DNA from: Paludibacteraceae bacterium
GTDB lineage: Bacteria; Bacteroidota; Bacteroidia; Bacteroidales; Paludibacteraceae
DNA length: 64,000 nt
Direction: 5' to 3'
Assembly: GCA_017401985.1 (NCBI GenBank)
Contig: JAFPNK010000001.1
Location: 1,861 to 65,860, forward strand
A program made the position numbers and the translations under genes. Positions 42,700 through 52,030 of this stretch are shown here, piece by piece. Numbering within the stretch: the first letter of the stretch is position 1; each line of letters opens with the position of its first letter. Under the pieces are notes generated by a model, which was given only the letters and a program-made list of their open reading frames with translations, was not told the origin of the DNA and searched no databases.

Positions 42700-44811
42700 T
42701 TAATCGCCGATCGTTTCCACTTTGGTAACGGTGAGCGTGCTATCGTTCTTCTGAGCAAAGTGGATGATATAACTGGTATAAGCCGATTTGACAGTTAATT
42801 GGTTATCCGATTGCAACGGTGCATCTTCAAAAACGAGGTGCGCCGTTGTTCCTTGTAAGTAGTCCTCTTTGGCTTCCTGTCCGTCGTTGAGCACGTAGAT
42901 CGGGTCAAGCATAATTACGATACGCGGCAAGCGGATGTGCAGGAGCGAGTGCTTCTTGAACAGATTGCTGTTATCTTCCACGCTAATCTGTGTGTTGCGC
43001 AGCAGGGACTCTTTGATGGACGAAGCGGTCTCGTTCATGGATGCAAAATAATGCTGGCGTTGTTTGAGCGACGCACTGCCTGCCAATTCGGCTACCGATG
43101 CCGAATAAGTGGGGTTGTAATTGGTGTGCGTATCGGCATTGTACACATTGTCAATCCAGCATATGGTGTTGTCTGTCAGCGCGATAGCGCGAACTCGGGT
43201 GATATCGTTGAACGATTTGTCGCGGTAGTTGAGCTCAATCTCGCCCATCTCCTGTCGTTCGTTTCCGTTGATGCGGTTCAGCGTCGGAACGCGGACTACG
43301 TGGTACTCGGTTTTGTACATGTCTGTGAAGTGGAAACAGAGGAACACGCGTACGTTCTCCAACGTCTTGTCGCTGCGGTTGATAAGCGACACTTTGAGTT
43401 TGTAGTCGTCGTTACCCATTCCCATGATCTTGGACGAGCGTTTGAACGAAACGTCCATGTAAGAGTTCTCCGGCAGTAACTGCTTGAAGCTGCAGGATAA
43501 GTGTTCTTCGCAGTACTCCATGTCGGACAGCAAACAGTCGTAGGCGGCTTGATTGGAACGGCGGAAGAAATGGTTGTAAATTTCTTCGCGTGCGGAGAGC
43601 ACGTCACCGGCCTGCTCGTACATCAAGGCTTTGGTGAAGTTCGGCGAGAACATACCGAATCCTTCCATCGTCGATTGGTAGAGGCTGAGCAGATATCCGC
43701 CTTCAGCAGTATTGTTAAGGTACGTACGTGCGCGGTAAGAGGAGAGCATATCCGTCAGATGCTCCGCCTGACGCGGATACTCCATCGCCGCTTGATCGCA
43801 ATAGACAAACGCTTGTGCTTTGTTGCCTTCTTTGGCGCGGATGATACCTTTCATCAGCAGTGCGGGTGCCGATTGGTCAGGCCAGCGCTCCATGTAGCTG
43901 TCCAGTAGTTGGTCTGCTTGTCTGAGTCGTGCATCCGTCACTTGGTCGGTAACGGTAGTCAGTTCTTCGTTCGTCGGCAGTAGCGGCACGTCTGTGGCAG
44001 GTGCAGGGTTGCTCACCGATTGAATGATAGCCATGCATTGAATGAGTTGCATCTCGCGGTTATTGGGGTCACGTTGCAGTGCCTCTTGACAGGACTTGAG
44101 GGCGGCTTCGTATTCGCCACTATAAAGGTTCAAGTACGCACGGTCCTTCACCAGACACAACTGATTCCACTCCTGCATATACTTGTCGTATATCGGCATG
44201 TAATCTTCCAGATAATCAACGTATTGCGTCCGCACTTTATGAATGCGTTTCTGCAGATCGCCTTTCAGCTTCTGCTCTTTCTCATAGGCATCGAACACGC
44301 GTTCTCCGGTCTTGGCTATGGCTGTGAATCCGGCCGTTCCTGGCAGCAATGATTCCGGAGAAATGGCAAAGCGGAACAGACCGCGTAGCGTACCTGCTTT
44401 GAGCGCTTGCTCATACTCTTGAGTGGCCATCTGGCTGAAGTCCGAACTAAGGTCGCGACCCAACGTGGACCACAGATTGAGGTTCTCGTACTCCTGGTCT
44501 AACAAGTACATCTCCTGCAGTACCGGCAATAACCGAACACGCTGATCGACTACCTCTTGCGGCACTTTGCTGTAATCCTGACGCGCCATATACTCCAGGA
44601 AGGTCTGAAAATCTTCCGAACGAGCCTGCGCCAACTCCATTCCGTTCAGAATACGAACGGTCTCTTCGATATCATAATCATTCCCTTGCGCACCGTGCAG
44701 GGCTTTGTACGAAGGTTCGAAGGCTTCAATTGGAACATAATCTTTGTTTCTGTTGTCGCAACCAACAAGCAGCAGAAGGGCTGCTAAGAATGCCAAATAA
44801 CGTGTTTTCAT
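42700..44811 (-). CDS. Large lipoprotein with TPR-like helical repeats, function unknown
   Basis: 703 aa from the trimmed start MKTRYLAFLAALLLLVGC. The N-terminal two thirds are helical repeats (for example YEAALKSCQEALQRDPNNREMQL). Confidence 0.65.
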   Translation of the reverse strand: MKTRYLAFLAALLLLVGCDNRNKDYVPIEAFEPSYKALHGAQGNDYDIEETVRILNGMELAQARSEDFQTFLEYMARQDYSKVPQEVVDQRVRLLPVLQEMYLLDQEYENLNLWSTLGRDLSSDFSQMATQEYEQALKAGTLRGLFRFAISPESLLPGTAGFTAIAKTGERVFDAYEKEQKLKGDLQKRIHKVRTQYVDYLEDYMPIYDKYMQEWNQLCLVKDRAYLNLYSGEYEAALKSCQEALQRDPNNREMQLIQCMAIIQSVSNPAPATDVPLLPTNEELTTVTDQVTDARLRQADQLLDSYMERWPDQSAPALLMKGIIRAKEGNKAQAFVYCDQAAMEYPRQAEHLTDMLSSYRARTYLNNTAEGGYLLSLYQSTMEGFGMFSPNFTKALMYEQAGDVLSAREEIYNHFFRRSNQAAYDCLLSDMEYCEEHLSCSFKQLLPENSYMDVSFKRSSKIMGMGNDDYKLKVSLINRSDKTLENVRVFLCFHFTDMYKTEYHVVRVPTLNRINGNERQEMGEIELNYRDKSFNDITRVRAIALTDNTICWIDNVYNADTHTNYNPTYSASVAELAGSASLKQRQHYFASMNETASSIKESLLRNTQISVEDNSNLFKKHSLLHIRLPRIVIMLDPIYVLNDGQEAKEDYLQGTTAHLVFEDAPLQSDNQLTVKSAYTSYIIHFAQKNDSTLTVTKVETIGD

Positions 44812-44836
44812 AAGCAAGTAATTATCAATTTGGCTG

Positions 44837-44868
44837 CAAAGATACACAAAAATTCGCAAATACACAAA
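44837..44868 (-). promoter_or_regulatory. Promoter: TTTG-N20-TAtcTTTG on the minus strand
   Basis: The plus strand shows caaagata at 44837-44 and caaa at 44865-68. Confidence 0.6.
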
Positions 44869-44902
44869 TAAATGTACATTTTTTTTGAAAAATGCGCAGA
44901 TA

Positions 44903-44934
44903 CTTGCACATGTCAATTTTTTTTACTACCTTTG
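44903..44934 (+). promoter_or_regulatory. Promoter: cTTG-N20-TAccTTTG
   Basis: cTTG lies at 44903-06 and TAccTTTG at 44927-34, upstream of the ATG at 44970. Confidence 0.7.
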
Positions 44935-44969
44935 CAGCCGCAAAGGTTTGTAAACAAAGAAACGAAGAT

Positions 44970-47279
44970 ATGAATAAGATTATCAGTAAACACTTTTTCT
45001 CCGAGAATGTAGCGGAAATGGTGGTAGAAGCACCGTTGATTGCGCGTAGTCGTAGAGCGGGTCATTTTGTGATTATTCGTGTAGATGCGCAGTCGGAGCG
45101 TGTGCCGTTGACTATTGCCGGAGCGGATGTGGAGCGTGGTACGATCACGTTGGTGATTCAGCAGATTGGTGTATCGACACATAAGTTGTTGGCGCTGAAT
45201 CCCGGCGACTGTTTGCACGATATAGTAGGTCCGTTGGGTCGCGCTACGCGTATTGAGAACTACGGTACGGTAGTGTGCGCATGCGGAGGAGTGGGTGCAG
45301 CACCGATGTTGCCGATTGCTGAGGCGTTGAAGAAAGCCGGTAACCGTGTGATTACAGTGCTCGCTGCGCGTAACAAGGATCTGATTATTCTGCAGGATGA
45401 ACTGGCCAAGTGGTCGGATGAGGTGATCCTGATGACGGATGACGGTTCGGTAGGACAGAAAGGTGTGGTGACGGTTGGCGTGGAGCAGGTGATTAACCGC
45501 GAGAAAGTGGATAAATGTATCACCATCGGTCCGGCTATCATGATGAAATTCGTGGCGCTGACAACCGCTAAGTATAATATCCCTACCGAGGCGAGCCTGA
45601 ATACGATCATGGTTGACGGAACGGGTATGTGCGGAGCATGCCGCGTCACCGTAGATGGCAAGACGAAGTTCGTTTGCGTTGATGGACCTGAGTTTGATGC
45701 GCACGGAGTGGATTGGAACGAGATGCTCAGCCGCATGAAGAGCTATAAGGCAGAAGAGGCTGAGGCGATGGAGGCCTATAAAGGTGAAAGGTTAAAGGTG
45801 AAAGGTGAAGGGGACGAGATCACGAGATCACGTGATCAGGAGATCACGATTTCTTCCGTGGAGCCCTTCACGGGAACAGCTAAAGACCGCGTGGCTATAC
45901 CGAGAGTACAGATGCCGGAGTTGCGTCCGGAAGTGCGCGTGAAGAGTCTGCATGAGGAGGTGAATCAAGGTCTGACGTTCGAGCAGGCAGTTACGGAGGC
46001 CCATCGGTGTCTGAATTGCAAGAACCCGACGTGTGTACAAGGATGTCCGGTGAATATCAATATTCCGGGATTCATTAAGCAGCTGGAAACGGGCGACGTG
46101 TTGGGTGCGGCTGCTGTCATCAAAGAGAGTTCATCTCTGCCCGCAGTGTGCGGACGTGTCTGCCCGCAGGAGAAACAATGCGAGGCTAATTGTATTCACT
46201 TGAAGATGAAACACCCGGCTGTGGCAATTGGTTATCTGGAGCGTTTCTGCGCAGATTACGCGAACCGGATAGCATCCGGAAGCGAACAGCCATGCGGCAA
46301 ACCGTCAGGTCCCAAAATCGCCGTAGTGGGTTCGGGTCCTGCAGGTCTGACTTTTGCCGGCGATGCAGCCAAATACGGGTACGAAGTGCATGTGTTCGAA
46401 GCGCTGCACGAGATAGGCGGTGTGTTGAAGTACGGTATCCCGGAATTCCGTTTGCCTAATCGCATTGTGGACATCGAGATAGACGGTCTTCGCGCACTTG
46501 GCGTGCAGTTCCATCCGGATACGATCATCGGTAAGACGATTGGTGTGAAAGAATTGGAAGAGCAGGGCTTCAAGGGTATCTTCGTTGGCTCAGGAGCCGG
46601 TCTGCCGCGTTTCATGAATATCCCGGGTGAGAACCTGAACGGCGTGCTCAGTTGCAATGAGTACCTGACGCGTGTGAACTTGATGGACGCATCGAATCCG
46701 AATACTGACACCCCGTTGTTGAGCGGTAAGAATGTAGCAGTAATCGGCGGTGGTAATACCGCTATGGATGCTGTACGTACAGCTAAACGTCTGGGCGCGG
46801 AGCACGCTATGATTATCTATCGTCGTAGTGAGGAAGAGATGCCTGCACGTGTAGAAGAAGTGCATCATGCGAAAGCGGAAGGAATTGAATTCATGACGCT
46901 GCATAATCCGATTGAGTACCATGCGGATGAGAACGGTCGTGTGAAAGAGGCGGTGCTGCAAGTGATGGAATTGGGTGAGCCCGATGAGTCCGGTCGTCGC
47001 AGTCCGGTGCCGGTAGAAGGCAAGACGGTGACTGTTCCGGTGGATCTGGTGATTGTGGCAGTAGGCGTAAGTCCGAATCCGCTTATTCCGTCTTCAGTAG
47101 AAGGCTTGGAAATCAGCAAGAAAGGAACGATTGTCGTAAACGAATCGATGCAGTCGTCTATCCCGACTATTTTTGCAGGCGGCGATATAACACGTGGCGG
47201 TGCAACGGTTATTCTGGCAATGAGCGACGGCCGAAAAGCCGCTGCGGCAATGCATGAGTATTTAACGGCGAACGGTTAA
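44970..47279 (+). CDS. Fused PyrK-like FAD/NAD(P)-binding ferredoxin reductase and GltD-like NADPH-dependent glutamate synthase small-chain homolog (NfnAB-like fusion)
   Basis: The N-terminal ~280 aa are PyrK/NfnA-like, with a 2Fe-2S Cys cluster (GMCGACRV...FVCVDGP). The C-terminal ~460 aa are GltD-like (CLNCKNPTCVQGCP, VVGSGPAGLT, VIGGGNTAMD). I trimmed the start to MNKIISKHFF. Confidence 0.85.
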   Translation: MNKIISKHFFSENVAEMVVEAPLIARSRRAGHFVIIRVDAQSERVPLTIAGADVERGTITLVIQQIGVSTHKLLALNPGDCLHDIVGPLGRATRIENYGTVVCACGGVGAAPMLPIAEALKKAGNRVITVLAARNKDLIILQDELAKWSDEVILMTDDGSVGQKGVVTVGVEQVINREKVDKCITIGPAIMMKFVALTTAKYNIPTEASLNTIMVDGTGMCGACRVTVDGKTKFVCVDGPEFDAHGVDWNEMLSRMKSYKAEEAEAMEAYKGERLKVKGEGDEITRSRDQEITISSVEPFTGTAKDRVAIPRVQMPELRPEVRVKSLHEEVNQGLTFEQAVTEAHRCLNCKNPTCVQGCPVNINIPGFIKQLETGDVLGAAAVIKESSSLPAVCGRVCPQEKQCEANCIHLKMKHPAVAIGYLERFCADYANRIASGSEQPCGKPSGPKIAVVGSGPAGLTFAGDAAKYGYEVHVFEALHEIGGVLKYGIPEFRLPNRIVDIEIDGLRALGVQFHPDTIIGKTIGVKELEEQGFKGIFVGSGAGLPRFMNIPGENLNGVLSCNEYLTRVNLMDASNPNTDTPLLSGKNVAVIGGGNTAMDAVRTAKRLGAEHAMIIYRRSEEEMPARVEEVHHAKAEGIEFMTLHNPIEYHADENGRVKEAVLQVMELGEPDESGRRSPVPVEGKTVTVPVDLVIVAVGVSPNPLIPSSVEGLEISKKGTIVVNESMQSSIPTIFAGGDITRGGATVILAMSDGRKAAAAMHEYLTANG
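45781..45847 (+). repeat. Intragenic microrepeats in the inter-domain linker: (AAGGTKA)x4 at 45781-45808 and (GAGATCAC-like octamer)x4 at 45816-45847
   Basis: Read directly as aaggtga aaggtta aaggtga aaggtga and gagatcac gagatcac gtgatcag gagatcac. The region also contains the palindrome GATCACGTGATC. Confidence 0.85.
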
Positions 47280-47291
47280 CGGTGAACGGTT
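47264..47291 (+). repeat. Heptanucleotide tandem repeat (AACGGNN)x4 spanning the stop of the Nfn-like gene and the start of dacB
   Basis: The units are aacggcg aacggtt aacggtg aacggtt. The TAA stop lies at 47277-79 and the GTG start at 47282. Confidence 0.85.
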
Positions 47292-48667
47292 TTCTCTGCT
47301 TTATATTATTGAATATCAGCCTGCTGACAGGACATCCGATTACGGGACAGGCGAATATGTCGGTGCTGGTTCAGAACATGACCACGGGGGAGGTGATTGA
47401 CAGTTACCGTCCGGATCATGTGGTGCCACCGGCCAGCGTGCAGAAACTGCTGACTACCGGTGCCGCGCTGGAGATGTTAGGTCCTGATTTTCGCTTTCCG
47501 ACGGTGCTGGAGTACACCGGCACGATTGAGAATGGAGTGCTGAAGGGCGATTTGTATATCCGCGGTAACTGTGATCCGTCGCTGGGATGGAAAGGAAAGA
47601 CGGCTTTTTTGACTCGTTGGGTGAAGGCTGTCCAAGATGCGGGAATCAAGCGCATAGAAGGAGCTGTGATTGCCGATATGACGATGCTGGACGGGGATGC
47701 TCAGAATCCGGGCTGGCTCTGCGAGGACGCAGGAAACTATTATGCGCCGGGTATCTTCGCAATCAATTATTACGGCAATACGATGAATATCACGCTCAAG
47801 AGTGGTGAACCCGGCAGTGTAGCGACGGTGCTGGGTACGGATCCGCAAGTGGAGGATGTGGTGTTCATCAATCATGTTCGTTGCGGTAAGATCACGCACG
47901 ACGGCGCGTACGTAAGTGGTCTTCCGTATAGCAGGGAACGCTATTTGACGGGCGCTGTGCCGTCTAATTTAGGTACTTTCGGAGTGAAAGGCGATTTGCC
48001 TAATCCCGGATTGCTTTTGGCGCGGCATTTCACCAAACGGCTTCGTGAGGCAGGTATCAAGGTGAATAGAGATGCAAGTTATATAGCTGATTATAACCCG
48101 CTTACACCGCCTCGTCAGGAATTGTACGTACATTATTCGGAACCGCTGTCAGAGTTGCTAAAAGAGACTAATATTCACAGCAATAACTTATTCGCGGAGG
48201 CTATTTTCCGTTATCTCGGAACGCGGTACAGCTTGCCGGGTTCGATTAATAACAGTCAGGATCTGATCCGTGATTACTGGCGTCGCCGTGGTGTGAGTGT
48301 GCAAAACGCTATTATAAAGGACGGTTGTGGCTTAGCGCCGCAAGATGCTGTTAGCGCAAAGGCGTTTGTGCAGTTGTTAACCGTGATGGCGGCCAGTCCT
48401 AATAAGGATGTGTGGATGGCTTCGTTGCCTGTGAGTGGCCAGACGGGAACCATCAAATCGCTGTGCGCCAAGACGGCACTGGAGGGACGCATACATGCCA
48501 AAAGCGGTACGATTGCAGGAACGAAGAATTTTGCGGGATACATAGAGATGCCGAATGGCGACACGTGGGTGTTTGCTATTTTGATTAACTCTGCACCCGG
48601 CAAAGCGCGTAATATACAAGCCGTTATCCAGCAGTATTTATTGGATGTATATACCTCGCACCAATAG
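47282..48667 (+). CDS. dacB: D-alanyl-D-alanine carboxypeptidase/endopeptidase (PBP4, peptidase S13)
   Basis: It has SxxK (SVQK), SxN (HSNN) and KxG (KSGT) motifs. The GTG start at 47282 is uncertain; an alternative ATG lies at 47357. Confidence 0.85.
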   Translation: MNGFLCFILLNISLLTGHPITGQANMSVLVQNMTTGEVIDSYRPDHVVPPASVQKLLTTGAALEMLGPDFRFPTVLEYTGTIENGVLKGDLYIRGNCDPSLGWKGKTAFLTRWVKAVQDAGIKRIEGAVIADMTMLDGDAQNPGWLCEDAGNYYAPGIFAINYYGNTMNITLKSGEPGSVATVLGTDPQVEDVVFINHVRCGKITHDGAYVSGLPYSRERYLTGAVPSNLGTFGVKGDLPNPGLLLARHFTKRLREAGIKVNRDASYIADYNPLTPPRQELYVHYSEPLSELLKETNIHSNNLFAEAIFRYLGTRYSLPGSINNSQDLIRDYWRRRGVSVQNAIIKDGCGLAPQDAVSAKAFVQLLTVMAASPNKDVWMASLPVSGQTGTIKSLCAKTALEGRIHAKSGTIAGTKNFAGYIEMPNGDTWVFAILINSAPGKARNIQAVIQQYLLDVYTSHQ

Positions 48668-49388
48668 TACGAATACGCTCCTGAAGGAGTTGTTAGCGAA
48701 AGGCGACCGGAGAGTCTTCGGAGACGGACACCAGGGGGAGTTCTTCTATATTCGTGCAGGGTTTCAGACGGCAGGCCGCGGGCAGACAGGCAACGGATGG
48801 GAGAGTGAAGAAGGAAAGAACCTGTTATGTTCCATTCTCTTACCGACGCGAGAGAACCTGTTTGAGTTGAATGTGGTGACGGCGGTAGCGGTTCAGCGGA
48901 TGTTAGGCGATGGTTTTACCATCAAATGGCCTAATGACATCTACTGGCACGACAAGAAGATAGCCGGCATTTTGATTGAGAACGCGCTTATTGGGAACGA
49001 AATTCGCTACTCCATCGCCGGCATAGGACTGAATGTGAACCAGACTGCGTGGAAAAGCGATGCGCCGAATCCTGTTTCTTTGAAACAGATAACGGGACAG
49101 ACGTACGACATTGAGGTGCTGATGCAACGACTCTATGCGGAAATACAAAAAGCGCTGCAAGAAGAGTTGTGGGATTATTACAAAGCGCACTTGTACCGCA
49201 GAGAAGGGTACTGGCCGTTTGTGGAGCGCGAAGTGAATACCGCCCCGACGATGAACGCATCCTCGCATGCACCGGAGCAGTTTTTGGCTCGTGTGGCGGA
49301 TGTGTTGCCAACAGGAGAGATAGTACTGCAAGATCAGCAGGGAGAATATAGAAAATATCATTTTAAACAAATACGATACGTTATATGA
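48645..49388 (+). CDS. birA: Biotin--[acetyl-CoA-carboxylase] ligase (group I, no HTH)
   Basis: 247 aa with the motifs STNT, GRGQTGNGWES and KWPNDIY...KKIAGILIE. Confidence 0.85.
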   Translation: MYIPRTNSTNTLLKELLAKGDRRVFGDGHQGEFFYIRAGFQTAGRGQTGNGWESEEGKNLLCSILLPTRENLFELNVVTAVAVQRMLGDGFTIKWPNDIYWHDKKIAGILIENALIGNEIRYSIAGIGLNVNQTAWKSDAPNPVSLKQITGQTYDIEVLMQRLYAEIQKALQEELWDYYKAHLYRREGYWPFVEREVNTAPTMNASSHAPEQFLARVADVLPTGEIVLQDQQGEYRKYHFKQIRYVI

Positions 49389-50521
49389 GTAAGAGTATCA
49401 TTATCACCGGCGGAGCCGGATTCATCGGAAGTCATGTGGTACGTTTGTTCGTGAACAAATACCCGGATTACCGCATTATCAATGTAGATAAACTGACTTA
49501 TGCCGGCAACCTGGCTAACCTCAAAGACATAGAGGATAAGCCGAATTATCGGTTTGTACGCGCAGATATTTGCGATTTTGACACCATCTTTGCGTTGATG
49601 AAAGAAGAGAAGGTGACGGGTGTTATTCATCTGGCAGCGGAGAGTCATGTGGATCGTTCCATCAAAGATCCGTTCACTTTTGCCCGTACGAATGTGATGG
49701 GTACGTTGTCCATGCTGCAAGCGGCTAAGTTGTACTGGGAGAGTTTGCCGGAGAAATATGAGGGTAAGCGATTCTATCATATTTCCACAGATGAGGTGTA
49801 CGGTGCGTTGCAGTTAACGCATCCGGAAGGTATCCAACCGCCGTTCACAACCGCGGCTTCTTCGGCGGAGCACCATTTGGCTTACGGCGAGGACTTCTTC
49901 TATGAGACGACGAAGTATAATCCGCATTCTCCTTATTCGGCTTCGAAAGCATCATCCGATCATTTTGTACGTGCGTTCCATGATACGTATGGCATGCCGA
50001 CTATTGTGACCAACTGCTCCAATAACTACGGTCCGTATCAGTTCCCGGAGAAACTTATTCCGCTCTTTATCAACAATATACGTCATCGCAAACCGCTGCC
50101 TGTGTATGGTAAGGGTGAGAATGTGCGTGACTGGTTATATGTAGTGGATCATGCGCGTGCGATTGATCTCATTTTCCACCAAGGCACGATTGCAGAGACC
50201 TATAATATCGGTGGTTTCAACGAGTGGAAGAACATTGATATTATCAAAACGGTCATTAAGACAGTGGACCGTTTGTTAGGCCGTCCGGAAGGGGCTGACT
50301 TGGATCTGATTACGTACGTGACGGATCGCGCAGGACACGACATGCGTTACGCCATTGACAGCACGAAGTTGCAACGCGAATTGGGTTGGGAGCCGAGTTT
50401 GCAGTTCGAAGAAGGTATTGAGAAAACCGTTCGCTGGTATCTGGACAATCAGGAGTGGTTGGATAATATCACTTCGGGCGAGTACGAGAAGTACTACGAA
50501 GAAATGTATAAAGGACGCTGA
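49385..50521 (+). CDS. rfbB: dTDP-glucose 4,6-dehydratase
   Basis: 378 aa. It has a Rossmann motif (GGAGFIGS), the YSASK catalytic motif and RmlB-typical motifs (STDEVYG, NCSNNYGP). Confidence 0.92.
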   Translation: MSKSIIITGGAGFIGSHVVRLFVNKYPDYRIINVDKLTYAGNLANLKDIEDKPNYRFVRADICDFDTIFALMKEEKVTGVIHLAAESHVDRSIKDPFTFARTNVMGTLSMLQAAKLYWESLPEKYEGKRFYHISTDEVYGALQLTHPEGIQPPFTTAASSAEHHLAYGEDFFYETTKYNPHSPYSASKASSDHFVRAFHDTYGMPTIVTNCSNNYGPYQFPEKLIPLFINNIRHRKPLPVYGKGENVRDWLYVVDHARAIDLIFHQGTIAETYNIGGFNEWKNIDIIKTVIKTVDRLLGRPEGADLDLITYVTDRAGHDMRYAIDSTKLQRELGWEPSLQFEEGIEKTVRWYLDNQEWLDNITSGEYEKYYEEMYKGR

Positions 50522-50557
50522 TTGGCGTCCTTTATAGTTGTGATTTGTAGTTGTGAT

Positions 50558-51403
50558 TTACGCGTTGCGATACGCCTTAGGCGTCACGCCTACGTGCGAT
50601 TTGAAGAAGCGGTTGAAGAACGCTACATTGTCAAATCCTAACCCGATAGCAATCTCTTTGATCTGCAAGTTGGTGATTTTCAGTTGACTCTTGGCATCGG
50701 TAATGATGGCCTCGATGATGATATCACCGGCGGTGCGTTCACCTACCGATTTGATGGTAGAACACAGGTGCGGCAAAGTCAGACGCATCGCTTCCGCGTA
50801 TTGGCTGACGTGATGCCACTCATGATAATGCTTGAGCACCAATTGGCAGTACTCTTGATAGATCTCCGTTTTGCGGTCCTGCGGTTTGATGAGGTACTCG
50901 TCTTGCTCATGCGCATACTTGGCATAACTAACCTGCAGCAGGTTGAAGATATGCATCATTTTCTCGCTGTCGAGCATGGTAGGAGTGGCGTTGAGCGCGG
51001 CTACGATGGTATCATACATCTTGCAGATCACTTCTGCATGGTTCTCGCTGATACTCAGTTTGGGTGAGTGCAGTTGCAGCGCAGACAGAGACATTTTGTT
51101 GTTCACTGTATGCTTCTCCAGAAATTTACTGCCGAATACCACCCAATATACCAGTGCGTCCTCTGAGAACTCCCGAATGAGCAGGAAACTGCCGGGCTCC
51201 AATAACAGCACATCGTTCGCCTTGAAGGTGTAATCAGTCACATTGATGGTTGCGTGGGCTGTTCCGCGAACCAGTAACGCATATACACCGCATTTGATCT
51301 TACACGGATACCGACCGTACTCGTTCATCAGTTTTCCGCTCGCGTCTCCGATCATATAATCGCCGTATGGGCAATCCAATATAGGAATATTATTTCCGTT
51401 CAT
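50558..51403 (-). CDS. AraC-family transcriptional regulator
   Basis: It has a C-terminal double HTH (IKEIAIGLGFDNVAFFNRFFKSHVGVTPKAYR) and a cupin-like N-domain. I trimmed the start to MNGNNIPIL. Confidence 0.85.
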   Translation of the reverse strand: MNGNNIPILDCPYGDYMIGDASGKLMNEYGRYPCKIKCGVYALLVRGTAHATINVTDYTFKANDVLLLEPGSFLLIREFSEDALVYWVVFGSKFLEKHTVNNKMSLSALQLHSPKLSISENHAEVICKMYDTIVAALNATPTMLDSEKMMHIFNLLQVSYAKYAHEQDEYLIKPQDRKTEIYQEYCQLVLKHYHEWHHVSQYAEAMRLTLPHLCSTIKSVGERTAGDIIIEAIITDAKSQLKITNLQIKEIAIGLGFDNVAFFNRFFKSHVGVTPKAYRNA

Positions 51404-51429
51404 CTTAATAAATGTATCAAAATTCGCTG

Positions 51430-51461
51430 CAAAGGTACAACTTTTTTTCGATATATGCAAA
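51430..51461 (-). promoter_or_regulatory. Promoter: TTTG-N20-TAccTTTG on the minus strand, for the AraC-family gene
   Basis: The plus strand shows caaaggta at 51430-37 and caaa at 51458-61. Confidence 0.7.
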
Positions 51462-51491
51462 TAATCGTATATTTTTTTGATAAAAGAGTGC

Positions 51492-51522
51492 AAAAAAAAG
51501 AAGAACCATTGTGTGGTTCTTC
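51492..51522 (-). terminator. Rho-independent terminator of rpsT
   Basis: A 9-bp stem GAAGAACCA/TGGTTCTTC (51500-51522) has a 5-nt loop. On the minus strand it is followed by U8 (plus-strand A8 at 51492-51499). Confidence 0.8.
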
Positions 51523-51564
51523 CGTTACCCTAATGCGTATCACGCAGGATTTATTCTCTAACTC

Positions 51565-51819
51565 TTAAGCGAGTTTGTTCACGAAGCGAGCTAATTTCGA
51601 TTTGAGGTTAGCTGCTTTGTTGTTGTGAATAATATTGCGTTTAGCCAGTTTGTCGAGCATCGAGCTTACCTTAGGCAGAGCTGCAGCAGCTGCTGCTTTG
51701 TCGGTAGTCTTGCGCAAATCGCGCACAGCGTTACGTGCGGTTTTAGCGTAGTAGTGGTTGTGTGCTTTGCGTGCTGCCGTTTGGCGAATACGCTTAAAAG
51801 ATGATTTGTGGTTTGCCAT
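51565..51819 (-). CDS. rpsT: 30S ribosomal protein S20
   Basis: 84 aa. The sequence [13 protein letters not shown]... is a basic, helical S20 signature. Confidence 0.93.
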   Translation of the reverse strand: MANHKSSFKRIRQTAARKAHNHYYAKTARNAVRDLRKTTDKAAAAAALPKVSSMLDKLAKRNIIHNNKAANLKSKLARFVNKLA

Positions 51820-51939
51820 CTTGTTTGTTGTTTTTGTTGTCCGACTCGCGGACGGTTTACTTACTGTCCCGTTATGGCCTTGAGAGGATCAGCCGAGGGA
51901 CGTGACTTTAGGGAAGGTCATTTTTTCGCTTTCGCGAAG

Positions 51940-52011
51940 TAGTGCCAAGGGGAATCGAACCCCTATTGCAAGAATGAAAATCTTGAGTACTAACCGTTAT
52001 ACGATGGCACC
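51940..52011 (-). tRNA. tRNA-Glu (anticodon UUC)
   Basis: Folded by hand. The acceptor stem is GGTGCCA/TGGCACT (G1-U72 wobble), the anticodon stem CAAGA/TCTTG has loop TTTTCAT, and the T-arm is AGGGG-TTCGATT-CCCCT. No CCA is encoded. Confidence 0.88.
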
Positions 52012-52030
52012 TTTTATTTAAAAGCGGGTG

